From Escherichia coli (lineage in GTDB: Bacteria > Pseudomonadota > Gammaproteobacteria > Enterobacterales > Enterobacteriaceae), in assembly GCF_030384885.1 (NCBI RefSeq), contig NZ_CP128613.1: a DNA stretch of 64,000 bases; one strand, given 5' to 3'. How positions within the stretch are numbered: position 1 is the stretch's first letter; the number at the start of each line of letters is the position of its first letter. Positions 16,503 through 27,272 of the stretch are shown one piece after another. A model generated the notes under the pieces. That model did not search any database, was not told the origin of the DNA, and saw nothing but the letters and a program-made list of their open reading frames with translations. Made by a program: the position numbers and the translations under genes.

Positions 16503-17363
16503 ATGATCGCAATTACCGGCGCAACCGGCCAACTTGGTCACCATGTTATTAACTCCTTACTGAAAACCGTTCCTGCCAGCCAAATAGTGGCTATCGCACG
16601 TAACCCGGCAAAAGCACAGGCATTGAGCGCGCAAGGCATTACTGTACGTCAGGCTGACTACGGCGATGAAGCCGCACTGACATCTGCGCTTCAGGGAGTG
16701 GAAAAACTACTGCTGATCTCTTCCAGCGAAGTGGGTCAACGTGCCACGCAGCATCGAAATGTTATTAATGCCGCTAAGGCGGCGGGCGTGAAATTTATCG
16801 CTTATACCAGCCTGCTACATGCTGATACCTCCCCGCTCGGCCTCGCCGATGAGCACATCGAGACGGAGAAAATGCTGGCTGATTCTGGCATTGCTTACAC
16901 CTTGCTGCGCAACGGCTGGTACACCGAAAACTATCTCGCCAGCGCCCCAGCAGCACTGGAGCACGGCGTATTTATCGGTGCCGCGGGCGATGGCAAAATT
17001 GCCTCAGCTACGCGAGCTGATTATGCGGTAGCTGCGGCGCGCGTAATTAGCGAAGCAGGTCACGAAGGCAAGGTTTATGAACTGGCAGGTGATAGCGCCT
17101 GGACACTGACACAATTAGCGGCGGAACTCACCAAACAGAGCGGCAAACAGGTTACCTATCAAAACCTGAGCGAAGCTGATTTCGCCGCGGCGCTGAAAAG
17201 CGTCGGTCTGCCTGACGGGCTGGCGGATATGCTGGCAGATTCTGACGTTGGCGCATCGAAAGGCGGTCTGTTTGATGACAGCAAAACGCTGAGCAAATTG
17301 ATTGGCTGCCCAACGACAACATTAGCCGAGAGCGTAAGCCATCTTTTTAATGTTAATAACTAG
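16503..17363 (+). CDS. qorB: NAD(P)H:quinone oxidoreductase QorB (YtfG), NmrA-like
   Basis: Start set at MIAITGATGQLG (Rossmann GxxGxxG), 286 aa; the ORF-track 361-aa version is an upstream over-extension. Confidence 0.93.
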   Translation: MIAITGATGQLGHHVINSLLKTVPASQIVAIARNPAKAQALSAQGITVRQADYGDEAALTSALQGVEKLLLISSSEVGQRATQHRNVINAAKAAGVKFIAYTSLLHADTSPLGLADEHIETEKMLADSGIAYTLLRNGWYTENYLASAPAALEHGVFIGAAGDGKIASATRADYAVAAARVISEAGHEGKVYELAGDSAWTLTQLAAELTKQSGKQVTYQNLSEADFAAALKSVGLPDGLADMLADSDVGASKGGLFDDSKTLSKLIGCPTTTLAESVSHLFNVNN

Positions 17364-17471
17364 TTAATTAAAGTGGCATCCTCCCGTATCCTCTCTGATA
17401 ATGACGGGATGCGGGGAACGACTACGGTTGTTCCCAGAATATTTCTTCTGACAGATCAATGGATGCCAGAA

Positions 17472-18437
17472 ATGATTAGCGGCGTGCTGTACGCCCTGTT
17501 AGCAGGGTTGATGTGGGGGCTTATATTTGTCGGGCCGTTGATCGTGCCGGAATACCCGGCGATGTTGCAGTCGATGGGGCGTTATCTGGCGTTAGGGTTA
17601 ATTGCGCTGCCCATTGCCTGGCTGGGACGCGTGCGTCTGCGTCAGTTGGCGCGTCGCGACTGGCTTACCGCCTTGATGCTCACCATGATGGGCAACCTCA
17701 TCTATTACTTCTGCCTTGCCAGTGCCATTCAACGTACTGGCGCGCCTGTTTCCACGATGATTATCGGCACCCTGCCGGTGGTGATTCCTGTCTTCGCCAA
17801 TCTGCTTTATAGCCAGCGTGACGGTAAACTCGCGTGGGGGAAACTCGCCCCGGCGCTGGTTTGTATTGGCATCGGCCTGGCATGTGTAAATATTGCTGAG
17901 TTAGACCACGGACTCCCCGATTTTGACTGGGCACGTTATGCCTCAGGCATCGTACTGGCGCTAGTCTCCGTGGTCTGCTGGGCGTGGTATGCCTTGCGCA
18001 ACGCCCGTTGGCTGCGGGAAAACCCAGACAAACATCCGATGATGTGGGCGACGGCGCAGGCGCTGGTCACGCTGCCGGTTTCGCTCATCGGTTATCTTGT
18101 CGCCTGTTACTGGCTGAATACGCAAACGCCGGACTTCTCCCTACCTTTTGGCCCCCGTCCGCTGGTGTTTATTAGTCTGATGATTGCGATAGCCGTGCTT
18201 TGCTCATGGGTTGGCGCACTCTGCTGGAACGTCGCCAGCCAGCGATTACCGACGGTTATCCTCGGACCGTTGATTGTTTTCGAAACGCTGGCAGGTTTGC
18301 TGTACACCTTTTTACTCCGCCAGCAAATGCCGCCGCTAATGACGCTGAGCGGTATCGCGCTGTTAGTGATTGGCGTGGTCATTGCGGTCAGAGCCAAACC
18401 GGAAAAGCCTTTAACTGAACCTGTCTCAGAAAGTTGA
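17472..18437 (+). CDS. ytfF: Inner-membrane transporter YtfF (DMT/EamA superfamily)
   Basis: Start set at MISGVLYALLAG, 321 aa; about 10 predicted TM helices. Confidence 0.88.
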   Translation: MISGVLYALLAGLMWGLIFVGPLIVPEYPAMLQSMGRYLALGLIALPIAWLGRVRLRQLARRDWLTALMLTMMGNLIYYFCLASAIQRTGAPVSTMIIGTLPVVIPVFANLLYSQRDGKLAWGKLAPALVCIGIGLACVNIAELDHGLPDFDWARYASGIVLALVSVVCWAWYALRNARWLRENPDKHPMMWATAQALVTLPVSLIGYLVACYWLNTQTPDFSLPFGPRPLVFISLMIAIAVLCSWVGALCWNVASQRLPTVILGPLIVFETLAGLLYTFLLRQQMPPLMTLSGIALLVIGVVIAVRAKPEKPLTEPVSES

Positions 18438-18495
18438 CACGCTGGCAGTGAGTTAAATAAGCCTCTGCTACGTAAGGGTTATAGCATTTGCCTTA

Positions 18496-18518
18496 AAGAT
18501 GCATTTAAAATACATCTT
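18496..18518 (+). promoter_or_regulatory. NsrR operator upstream of ytfE
   Basis: Direct read aagatgcatttaaaatacatctt, an 11-1-11 perfect inverted repeat matching the NsrR box; about 27 nt before the ytfE ATG. Confidence 0.85.
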
Positions 18519-18544
18519 ATATTATTAAGAATGAGGTATCAGCT

Positions 18545-19207
18545 ATGGCTTATCGCGACCAACCTTTAGGTGAACTGGCGCTCTCTATTCCTCGCGCTTC
18601 GGCTCTGTTTCGTAAATATGATATGGATTACTGCTGCGGCGGTAAGCAAACGCTGGCGCGTGCGGCGGCACGTAAAGAACTGGATGTTGACGTCATTGAA
18701 GCCGAACTGGCAAAGCTTGCTGAACAACCGATTGAGAAAGACTGGCGTAGCGCCCCACTGGCGGAAATCATCGACCATATCATCGTGCGCTACCACGATC
18801 GTCACCGTGAACAACTGCCGGAACTGATTCTGCAAGCGACTAAAGTCGAACGCGTTCACGCCGACAAACCGAGCGTGCCAAAAGGGCTGACAAAATACCT
18901 GACTATGCTGCATGAAGAGCTTTCCAGCCACATGATGAAAGAAGAGCAGATCCTCTTCCCGATGATCAAACAAGGCATGGGTAGCCAGGCGATGGGGCCA
19001 ATTAGCGTAATGGAAAGCGAGCACGATGAAGCGGGCGAACTGCTGGAAGTGATTAAACACACCACCAATAACGTCACACCGCCGCCGGAAGCCTGCACCA
19101 CCTGGAAAGCGATGTATAACGGTATTAATGAATTGATTGATGACCTGATGGATCACATCAGCCTGGAAAACAATGTACTGTTCCCGCGCGCGCTGGCGGG
19201 TGAGTGA
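18545..19207 (+). CDS. ytfE: Iron-sulfur cluster repair di-iron protein YtfE (RIC)
   Basis: 220-aa ORF matching E. coli YtfE from memory; preceded by an NsrR box. Confidence 0.95.
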   Translation: MAYRDQPLGELALSIPRASALFRKYDMDYCCGGKQTLARAAARKELDVDVIEAELAKLAEQPIEKDWRSAPLAEIIDHIIVRYHDRHREQLPELILQATKVERVHADKPSVPKGLTKYLTMLHEELSSHMMKEEQILFPMIKQGMGSQAMGPISVMESEHDEAGELLEVIKHTTNNVTPPPEACTTWKAMYNGINELIDDLMDHISLENNVLFPRALAGE

Positions 19208-19214
19208 TCTAAAA

Positions 19215-19245
19215 GCTGGATGGCATTGCGCCATCCAGCATGATA
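19215..19245. terminator. Bidirectional intrinsic terminator between ytfE and cycA
   Basis: Hairpin gctggatggc-attgc-gccatccagc between convergent stop codons. Confidence 0.7.
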
Positions 19246-19251
19246 AAGCCG

Positions 19252-20664
19252 TTACTTCCGCAGTTCAGCAGTCCGCTTCTTACCAATAAACAACCAGCCC
19301 AACCCCAGCGCGATAAACCACAGCGGGGTAACCAGCAGCGCCTGGCGAGTGTCATCTTCCAGTGTCAGCAACACGACCACGAACACAAAGAACGCCATAC
19401 ATACCCAGCACATCAGCTTGCCGAGCGGCATCTTGTAGATCGACTTCTCATGCAGATGAGGTCGCTGTTTGCGATACACCAGGTATGAGCAAAGGATAAT
19501 CGTCCAGACGAACATAAACAGAATCGCGGAAACAGTCGTGATCATCGTGAACGCGCCAATTACACTTGGATTCACATACAACATCACCACGCCGCCGAGC
19601 AGACAGATACAAGAGAAGGTCAGCCCTTTCGCGGGCACGGCGCGCTTAGAAAGTTTAGCGAACGCTTTCGGCGCAACACCTTCCTGGGCCAGACCAAACA
19701 GCATACGGCTGGTAGAGAAGACGCCGCTGTTAGCGGAAGACGCCGCAGAGGTCAGCACCACAAAGTTGATTACGCTGGCAGCCGCAGGCAAACCCACCAA
19801 TACAAAAAGTTCAACGAACGGGCTTTTCTCCGGGACTACCGAACTCCACGGCGTCACGGACATAATCACAATCAGCGCGAAGACGTAGAACATAATGATA
19901 CGGATCGGAATGGAGTTAATCGCACGTGGCAGTGATTTCTCCGGATCTTTCGTTTCCGCAGCGGTTGTACCGACCAGCTCAATCCCCACGAAAGCGAAAA
20001 CCGCTATCTGGAATCCGGCAAAGAAGCCACTTAAACCTTTCGGGAACCAGCCGCCGTCATTCCACAAATGCGCAAACGACGCTTCCACACCGGTCGGTGA
20101 CTGGAAGTGCATCGCCACCATGACCAGGCCGACGACAATCAGTGACACGATGGCGACAATTTTGATCATCGCAAACCAGAACTCCATCTCACCGAACATT
20201 TTCACGGTAGCGAGGTTAAGCGTCAGCAGCAGCACTATCACCGCCAGCGAGGCGACCCAGTCGGAGAGATCGGGGAACCAGAACTGAGCATAGGCAGTGA
20301 TGGCCACCACGTCCGCCATACCGGTAACCACCCAGCAGAACCAGTAGGTCCAGCCAGTGAAATATCCCGCCCATGGCCCCAGTAAATCGGAAGCGAAGTC
20401 ACTAAAAGATTTGTATTCCAGATTCGAAAGCAGCAATTCCCCCATTGCCCGCATCACGAAAAAGAGTATAAAACCGATGATCATATAAACGAAGATGATC
20501 GACGGTCCGGCAAGGCTGATTGTTTTACCGGACCCCATAAACAACCCCGTACCAATGGCCCCACCAATGGCAATAAGCTGAATATGTCGGTTTGTGAGAT
20601 TGCGCCGTAGCGACTGTTCAGCCGGAGCCTGATCATCGGCAACGACTTTTACCTGATCTACCAT
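19252..20664 (-). CDS. cycA: D-serine/D-alanine/glycine:H+ symporter CycA (APC family)
   Basis: 470-aa polytopic membrane ORF; matches CycA from memory; synteny. Confidence 0.95.
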   Translation of the reverse strand: MVDQVKVVADDQAPAEQSLRRNLTNRHIQLIAIGGAIGTGLFMGSGKTISLAGPSIIFVYMIIGFILFFVMRAMGELLLSNLEYKSFSDFASDLLGPWAGYFTGWTYWFCWVVTGMADVVAITAYAQFWFPDLSDWVASLAVIVLLLTLNLATVKMFGEMEFWFAMIKIVAIVSLIVVGLVMVAMHFQSPTGVEASFAHLWNDGGWFPKGLSGFFAGFQIAVFAFVGIELVGTTAAETKDPEKSLPRAINSIPIRIIMFYVFALIVIMSVTPWSSVVPEKSPFVELFVLVGLPAAASVINFVVLTSAASSANSGVFSTSRMLFGLAQEGVAPKAFAKLSKRAVPAKGLTFSCICLLGGVVMLYVNPSVIGAFTMITTVSAILFMFVWTIILCSYLVYRKQRPHLHEKSIYKMPLGKLMCWVCMAFFVFVVVLLTLEDDTRQALLVTPLWFIALGLGWLFIGKKRTAELRK

Positions 20665-20972
20665 GTTTTTTTCTTCCTGTACCTGTCTGTGTTGTTCAGG
20701 CTCTGCGGCCTTTAGTCAGTCTATGATACGACGAATCTGTATCGGGACTCATCGATATTAGGTAACAATACGCGGGATGAATACTAAGATTTAGATCTAA
20801 TGTTAATTTTATGTTTAAAGTGAGTGTCATATCACGGTGATAACGCGAAACAGCTCACAAAAATACACGCTTACGTGGTCTTTGCAACACAAAATAGCGC
20901 CATTTGGCAAACTGAAGGGTTTATTGCTGAATGCCTGCTCCCCTCTGGCTCGAGGGGAACAGAATGCGCTGC

Positions 20973-21593
20973 TTAGAGGATTTCCAGCAGTTCGACTTCA
21001 AACACCAGGGTGCTGAACGGAGGGATGGACGCGCCAGCGCCACGCTCGCCATATGCCAGTTCCTGCGGGATAGTCAGTTCCCATTTAGAACCTACCGGCA
21101 TCAGAGTCAGTGCTTCAATCCAGCCAGGGATCACGCCGTTAACCGGGAATTCAGCCGGTTCGCCACGAGCAACGGAGCTGTCAAACACAGTGCCGTCGAT
21201 CAGTTTTCCGGTGTAATGAACACGAACGCGGTCGGTACGTGCCGGAATTGCGCCTTCCCCCTGGTTGATCACGCGGAATTGCAGGCCAGATTCGGTGCTA
21301 TTCACGCCCTCTTTTTTGGCGTTTTCTTCAAGATATTTCACACCTTCGGCAGCCATCGCCTGGAAACGTTGGCGACGTACGGCATCAGCGCGTTCGTGGA
21401 TTTCACGCAGCGCGCGGTGCACCACATCAACCGGAACAGCCGGATGTTTGCCTTCCAGCGCATCGGCAATGCCTGCAACCAGTGCTTCTGGCAGCAGCCC
21501 TTCCAGGCCAGATTCACTCAGTTGTTGCCCTACCTGCAAACCAATGCCGTAGCTTGCTTGCGCTTCGATGGTGTCAAAAGTTGGGGTGGTCAT
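20973..21593 (-). CDS. fklB: FKBP-type peptidyl-prolyl cis-trans isomerase FklB
   Basis: Start set at [12 protein letters not shown], 206 aa; FKBP domain in the C-terminal half. Confidence 0.93.
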
Positions 21594-21810
21594 CGTATTT
21601 CCTTTCTTAGGGTATAAAGTAGCGGGCAGCATATCAGCCACACTTCTTTGGGTAAAACTTTGTCGCGGGAATGATGACAAATCCCGGGGAAAAAGAAACA
21701 ATAGCAATATCCCGTATGAATATAATAAAGGCGGGTTTACCACGGACATCATAGCGTTAGCTTATTCATAGGCTATGATTGAGGAACAAGACGCGGAGCA
21801 GGAGGAAACC

Positions 21811-22449
21811 ATGCCCGGGCGCTTTGAACTAAAACCAACCCTGGAGAAAGTCTGGCACGCGCCGGACAATTTTCGCTTCATGGACCCGCTACCGCCGATG
21901 CATCGTCGGGGGATCATTATTGCCGCTATTGTATTGGTGGTCGGATTTCTACTCCCGTCTGATGATACGCCAAACGCGCCGGTGGTGACGCGTGAAGCAC
22001 AGTTAGATATTCAGTCGCAATCACAACCGCCGACAGAAGAACAGCTGCGGGCGCAATTAGTCACACCACAAAATGATCCTGATCAGGTGGCTCCGGTCGC
22101 TCCAGAACCGATACAGGAAGGCCAACCGGAAGAGCAGCCGCAAACCTCGCAAGTGCAACCTTTCCAGCCAGATAGCGGAATTGACAATCAATGGCGCTCT
22201 TACCGTGTCGAACCCGGTAAAACGATGGCGCAGCTGTTCCGCGACCACGGACTGCCCGCTACCGATGTCTATGCAATGGCGCAGGTAGAAGGCGCGGGTA
22301 AGCCGCTGAGTAATTTGCAAAACGGGCAGATGGTGAAAATCCGCCAGAATGCCAGCGGCGTGGTGACGGGCTTAACCATTGATACGGGGAATAATCAACA
22401 GGTCCTGTTTACCCGCCAGCCGGATGGGAGTTTTATTCGTGCGCGGTAG
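21811..22449 (+). CDS. ytfB: Cell-division protein YtfB (OapA-domain)
   Basis: Start set at [13 protein letters not shown] (212 aa); TM segment then Pro/Gln-rich linker; 3' end overlaps the convergent TetR gene. Confidence 0.88.
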   Translation: MPGRFELKPTLEKVWHAPDNFRFMDPLPPMHRRGIIIAAIVLVVGFLLPSDDTPNAPVVTREAQLDIQSQSQPPTEEQLRAQLVTPQNDPDQVAPVAPEPIQEGQPEEQPQTSQVQPFQPDSGIDNQWRSYRVEPGKTMAQLFRDHGLPATDVYAMAQVEGAGKPLSNLQNGQMVKIRQNASGVVTGLTIDTGNNQQVLFTRQPDGSFIRAR

Positions 22450-23080
22450 ATGAAGGGTCAACCAAAAGCCAGCTAAGGATTGTCTCTTTGATGACCTTAC
22501 GCCTGGCTTCCAGTGCCTGCGGTGAAACCATACTGATGTGATAAACCAGGCCAAGCGTATGCTGGTTGATCAAATAATATCCTCCAAGAGCAGCAATATT
22601 AATATTCACCTGCAACGGGTCGATATCTGGCTTAAAAATATTGCGCCGTTTGCCTTCAGCTAATAATGACTCCATTAACTGTAAGTGTGCGTGGTTAATT
22701 TCTAAAAGGCGCTGTGATTTTGCATAATGCACCCCTTTACTCTGGTTTTCACTATGCACAATTTTTAAAAACCAGGGGTTAGCAATGTAATAATCCCAGG
22801 TGAAATCGATAATTTTCTCAATGGCTTTTTGTGGCGGAAGACCTGAGAAATCAAGGGATTTTTCTTTTTGCCGAATATCATTCCAGGTATATTCCAGCAC
22901 TTCGATAAATAAATTTTCTTTATTACCAAAGTGATGATAAACCGTCTGTTTACTGCACTCCGCGGCCTTGACGATATTATCGACTCTGGCCCCTTCGTAA
23001 CCATATTCGGCAAATTCATTAACCGCACATAACAACAGCTTTTCCTTCAGGCTTTGTACGTTGCTGGTATCAAGATACAT
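22433..23080 (-). CDS. TetR/AcrR-family transcriptional regulator
   Basis: N-terminal HTH ([28 protein letters not shown]) typical of TetR; ATG at 23080 preferred over the GTG at 23140 used by the ORF track; divergent from the downstream operon. Confidence 0.8.
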   Translation of the reverse strand: MYLDTSNVQSLKEKLLLCAVNEFAEYGYEGARVDNIVKAAECSKQTVYHHFGNKENLFIEVLEYTWNDIRQKEKSLDFSGLPPQKAIEKIIDFTWDYYIANPWFLKIVHSENQSKGVHYAKSQRLLEINHAHLQLMESLLAEGKRRNIFKPDIDPLQVNINIAALGGYYLINQHTLGLVYHISMVSPQALEARRKVIKETILSWLLVDPSSTAHE

Positions 23081-23202
23081 TCCGCTTCCCCACGTCTTCT
23101 TCGTGATGACTATCTTAACCCGATTTGTTAGAAGCTCCACTAAAATGGCTAAAAACTCGCAATTTCATCGGGTTATCAAATGCTCTGTGATCATTATCGC
23201 AT

Positions 23203-23224
23203 ATCAACCAACTAGATGGTTGAT
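23203..23224. promoter_or_regulatory. Candidate TetR operator (inverted repeat) in divergent promoter region
   Basis: atcaacca-actaga-tggttgat, 8-bp perfect arms, between the TetR gene and the SDR gene; inference. Confidence 0.35.
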
Positions 23225-23291
23225 CTTTCTTGCCACACATTGCAAGCTAATCGTCACTTAAGGAAATAATATTCAAAAAGAGGGTTATTGT

Positions 23292-24083
23292 ATGAAGTCA
23301 ACACGTCCTGTTGCTGTCATCACTGGAGCCGCACGTGGTATTGGAAAGGGCTGTGCACTGGAACTTGCGCGTGGCGGATTTAATCTGCTGATTAATGATC
23401 GTCCGGATGCCGACAGCGTAGAAAAATTACATGCCACACAACAAGAATGTCTGGCGGAAGGCGTGGAAGTGATTTGCTTCCCTGCTGATGTTGGCGATCT
23501 CTCCCTTCATGAAGAGATGCTCGACGCGGCGCAAAACCAGTGGGGACGTCTGGACTGTCTACTCAACAACGCAGGCATTTCAGTGAAAAAACGCGGTGAC
23601 CTCCTCGACCTCGAACCAGACAGCTTCGACCAAAACATTGCCATTAACACCCGTGCGCCGTTCTTCCTTGCTCAGGCATTCAGTAAGCGATTACTGGCAC
23701 AGCCGAAACCGGAAGCAGAACTGCCGCACCGCTCGATTATTTTTGTCAGTTCCATAAACGCCATCATGCTGGCGATGAATCGCGGCGAATATACCATTGC
23801 CAAAACTGCCGTCTCCGCCGCAGCTCGTCTGTTTGCCGCTCGCCTTTGCAATGAACAAATTGGCGTTTATGAAGTGCGCCCTGGCCTAATCAAAACCGAT
23901 ATGACCATTCCGGCAACGGCTTATTACGACGAACTGATTGCTAAGGGGTTAGTGCCGTGGGGACGTTGGGGTTATCCGGCTGATATTGCCTCAACGGTCC
24001 GCGCGATGGCGGAAGGCAAACTGATTTACACCTGTGGTCAGGCGGTCGCCATCGACGGCGGCTTAAGTATGCCGCGCTTCTGA
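23292..24083 (+). CDS. Short-chain dehydrogenase/reductase (SDR)
   Basis: TGAARGIG cofactor motif, NNAG, and Ser...Y-x3-K catalytic motif (YTIAK) read directly. Confidence 0.85.
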   Translation: MKSTRPVAVITGAARGIGKGCALELARGGFNLLINDRPDADSVEKLHATQQECLAEGVEVICFPADVGDLSLHEEMLDAAQNQWGRLDCLLNNAGISVKKRGDLLDLEPDSFDQNIAINTRAPFFLAQAFSKRLLAQPKPEAELPHRSIIFVSSINAIMLAMNRGEYTIAKTAVSAAARLFAARLCNEQIGVYEVRPGLIKTDMTIPATAYYDELIAKGLVPWGRWGYPADIASTVRAMAEGKLIYTCGQAVAIDGGLSMPRF

Positions 24084-24092
24084 GGCTGAATC

Positions 24093-24935
24093 ATGAGAGA
24101 TCTGTTACAACGCCCGGATTTATTCAGTATCAATACTGCGACACTGGGCTATAAAACGCCGCTACCTGCCATTATTGATGCCTGCGCCGCACGCGGTATT
24201 GGCGCGATTGCCCCCTGGCGCAGGGAGTTACAGGGTGAAGATCTCCAGCAAATCGCCCGCCAGCTTGCTGCCAGTAACATGAGCGTTTCCGGTTTGTGTC
24301 GTAGCACCTATTACACCGCGCCGACGCTGACGGAACGCAAACTGGCGATTGATGATAACCGCCGGGCGCTGGACGACGCCGCTGTACTGAACGCCGCCTG
24401 TTATATGCAGGTGGTTGGCGGTCTGCCAATGGGAACAAAAGATCTGTACGAAGCGCGGGAACAAGTGAAACAAGGGATTCGCCAGTTGCTGCCACATTCG
24501 AAAGATGTCGGCGTGCCAATTGCGCTGGAGCCGCTGCACCCGATGACAGCTGCCGATCGCTCTTGCCTGTGCACGTTACGTCAGGCGCTGGACTGGTGTG
24601 ATGAACTCGATCCCGATGGGGAGTTTGGCCTCGGCGTGGCGGTGGATGTTTATCACGTCTGGTGGGACCCGGATCTCGCCAGTCAGATCCTGCGTGCCGG
24701 AAAACGCATCCTCGCGTTTCATGTTTCCGACTGGCTGGTGCCAACCACCGATTTAGTCAATGACCGGGGAATGCCGGGAGATGGCGTAATCAATATTCCG
24801 TCTATTCGTCGCCAGGTAGAAAATGCCGGATTTAACGGTGCTGTGGAACTGGAAATTTTCTCACCGTACTGGTGGCAGCAAGATATTAACAGCACGTTGG
24901 ATATTAGCGTCGATCGCATCGCGCATTATTGCTAA
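24093..24935 (+). CDS. Sugar-phosphate isomerase/epimerase-like (xylose-isomerase-type TIM barrel) protein
   Basis: 280-aa ORF; family assignment by overall resemblance only (…AFHVSDW…), no database check. Confidence 0.55.
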   Translation: MRDLLQRPDLFSINTATLGYKTPLPAIIDACAARGIGAIAPWRRELQGEDLQQIARQLAASNMSVSGLCRSTYYTAPTLTERKLAIDDNRRALDDAAVLNAACYMQVVGGLPMGTKDLYEAREQVKQGIRQLLPHSKDVGVPIALEPLHPMTAADRSCLCTLRQALDWCDELDPDGEFGLGVAVDVYHVWWDPDLASQILRAGKRILAFHVSDWLVPTTDLVNDRGMPGDGVINIPSIRRQVENAGFNGAVELEIFSPYWWQQDINSTLDISVDRIAHYC

Positions 24936-24938
24936 GGA

Positions 24939-25721
24939 ATGATCATGAGTGACCAACCCGTTCTGTTCAGCAGAGCGGCGGCTTCCTGCCGCCTGACATT
25001 GAACCGTGAAGATAAATGTCATGCTATTAATGAAGAAATGATCGAATCTCTCGACCATTATTTAAATGAAATTGAAAACGACACCACATTACGATTAGTC
25101 GAATTAACGGCAACCGGCGATAAATTCTTTTGTGCAGGCGGCGATATTAAATCGTGGTCAGCCTATTCGCCATTAGATATGGGCAGAAAATGGATTAAAC
25201 GCGGCAATGACGTTTTTAATCGCCTGCGCAATTTACCTCAATTAACGGTTGCGAATCTCAACGGTCATACCATCGGCGGTGGTATTGAACTTGCCTTGTG
25301 CTGCGATATTCGTATTGCTCGCCCCGGCGCGAAATTCTCTAATCCGGAAGTAATGCTCGGCATGGTGCCTGGCTGGATGGGCATTGAACGCGTGCTTAAT
25401 CAGGTCGGTCCGGTGGTCGGTCGCCAGATGCTGATGCTGGGTAAACGCCTGACGGCGCAGGAAGCTCAGGCAGCGAATTTAATTGATGAAGTGGTAGAAA
25501 AAGAACAGGTGGAAAGCTGGATGGCGAATCAGTTAGCGCAGCTGGAAAAATGCGGTCCGGTGGCGCTCGCACATATCAAGCAACTGATTCTGGCTCTAGA
25601 AAATAAACATGCTGATTACCCGCACCAGTTACTGGCTGGATTAATGTCCGCCACTCAGGATTGCCAGCAGGCGACGCGCGCATTTGCCGAAAAAAGTAGC
25701 GTGAGCTTCCAAAATCAATAA
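24939..25721 (+). CDS. Enoyl-CoA hydratase/isomerase (crotonase family)
   Basis: Crotonase signatures FFCAGGDIKSW and GHTIGGGIELALCCDIRIA. Confidence 0.85.
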   Translation: MIMSDQPVLFSRAAASCRLTLNREDKCHAINEEMIESLDHYLNEIENDTTLRLVELTATGDKFFCAGGDIKSWSAYSPLDMGRKWIKRGNDVFNRLRNLPQLTVANLNGHTIGGGIELALCCDIRIARPGAKFSNPEVMLGMVPGWMGIERVLNQVGPVVGRQMLMLGKRLTAQEAQAANLIDEVVEKEQVESWMANQLAQLEKCGPVALAHIKQLILALENKHADYPHQLLAGLMSATQDCQQATRAFAEKSSVSFQNQ

Positions 25722-25730
25722 GGAAATTGT

Positions 25731-27272
25731 ATGCGTAAGATAACAACCGCCGAGACACTGGCGGCGCAAATTCAGGACGGTGCAACCATTGCCATTAGCG
25801 GTAATGGCGGCGGCATGGTGGAAGCGGACCATATTCTGGCTGCTATTGAAGCGCGTTTCCTGCAAACCGGACACCCGCGCGATCTGACATTAATCCACTC
25901 GCTGGGCATTGGCGATCGCGACTGCAAAGGCACTAACCGCTTCGCTCATGCAGATATGCTCAAACGCATCATTGCCGGACATTTTACCTGGTCGCCCAAG
26001 ATGCAGGATCTGGTGAAAAACAATGCTATTGAAGCCTACTGCTTCCCTGGTGGCGTAATTCAGGCACTGCTGCGGGAGATCGGTGCCGGACGTCCAGGGC
26101 TTTTTACCCACGTTGGACTGGGATCGTTTGTTGATCCGCGCAACGGCGGCGGTAAGTCGAACGCCAGCACCACTGAGGATCTGGTAGAACTGATTGAAAT
26201 CGACGGTGAAACCAAACTTCGTTATCGCCCTTTCAAAGTGGATTACGCGATTTTGCGTGGCACTTATGCCGATCCTCGAGGCAACGTCAGCCTTGAAGAA
26301 GAGGCGATTGATATGGATAGCTATTCCATGGCGCTGGCAGCACACAACAGCGGTGGCAAAGTGTTCGTACAGGTGCGCGATGTGCTGGAAGCTGGTGCCA
26401 TTGAACCACGCCGGGTCAAATTACCGGGCATTCTGGTTGATGGCATCGTTGAACACCGCGAACAACCGCAAACATATCTTGGCGGTTACGACCTGACCAT
26501 CAGCGGTCAGCACCGCCGTTTAAGTTCTAACGACGCTATTGAACTGGTTACTCATCCGGTGCGCCGCCTGATTGCCCGTCGGGCAGCACGCGAACTGGTG
26601 GCTGGCGCTTCAACCAACTTTGGCTTTGGCATTCCCGGCGGCATTCCTGGGGTTGCACTGCGCGAAGGCGTGCCTTATCAAAGTTTATGGCTGAGCGTCG
26701 AGCAAGGCGTGCATAACGGTATGATGCTGGATGATGCTCTGTTCGGCTGCGCCCGTAACGCCGATGCCATTATTCCATCACTCGATCAATTCGAATTCTA
26801 CAGTGGCGGAGGGATCGATATCACCTTCCTCGGCATGGGAGAGATGGATCAGCATGGTAACGTCAACGTCTCCCATCTCAATGGCAATCTCATTGGCCCC
26901 GGCGGATTTCTCGAAATTGCGCAAAACGCCCGTAAAGTGGTGTTCTGTGGCACGTTCGACGCCAAAGGTAGCAAGATTGATGTAACACCAGATGGCTTGC
27001 ATATCGCCCAGTCAGGTCAAATCCCTAAACTGGTTACCCAAGTGGAAAAAATCACTTTTAGCGCCGCCTACGCACAGCAAAGCGGTCAGGAAGTGTTGTA
27101 TATCACTGAACGTGCAGTATTCCAATTAACAGCAGAAGGCGTTGAATTAATTGAAATCGCACCAGGTGTGGAGATTGAGCGCGACATTCTGCCATATATG
27201 GCTTTCCGTCCAATTATCAATCAGCCACGCCTGATGGAAAGTAGCCTGTTTACGCCGATGGAGGATGCATGA
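25731..27272 (+). CDS. Family-I CoA-transferase (YdiF/acetate CoA-transferase-like, fused A/B subunits)
   Basis: 513-aa ORF; long stretches resemble E. coli YdiF as I recall it (…VGLGSFVDPRNGGGK…); 3' end overlaps the next gene (ATGA). Confidence 0.8.
   Translation: MRKITTAETLAAQIQDGATIAISGNGGGMVEADHILAAIEARFLQTGHPRDLTLIHSLGIGDRDCKGTNRFAHADMLKRIIAGHFTWSPKMQDLVKNNAIEAYCFPGGVIQALLREIGAGRPGLFTHVGLGSFVDPRNGGGKSNASTTEDLVELIEIDGETKLRYRPFKVDYAILRGTYADPRGNVSLEEEAIDMDSYSMALAAHNSGGKVFVQVRDVLEAGAIEPRRVKLPGILVDGIVEHREQPQTYLGGYDLTISGQHRRLSSNDAIELVTHPVRRLIARRAARELVAGASTNFGFGIPGGIPGVALREGVPYQSLWLSVEQGVHNGMMLDDALFGCARNADAIIPSLDQFEFYSGGGIDITFLGMGEMDQHGNVNVSHLNGNLIGPGGFLEIAQNARKVVFCGTFDAKGSKIDVTPDGLHIAQSGQIPKLVTQVEKITFSAAYAQQSGQEVLYITERAVFQLTAEGVELIEIAPGVEIERDILPYMAFRPIINQPRLMESSLFTPMEDA

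Noticed and set aside
18566-19234. 222-aa minus-strand ORF covering ytfE
   Set aside because: ytfE on the plus strand matches a known protein and is preceded by an NsrR box; the antisense ORF is unsupported.
20931-21617. 228-aa plus-strand ORF antisense to fklB
   Set aside because: fklB translation matches a known FKBP; the opposite-strand ORF has no motif and no ribosome-binding site.
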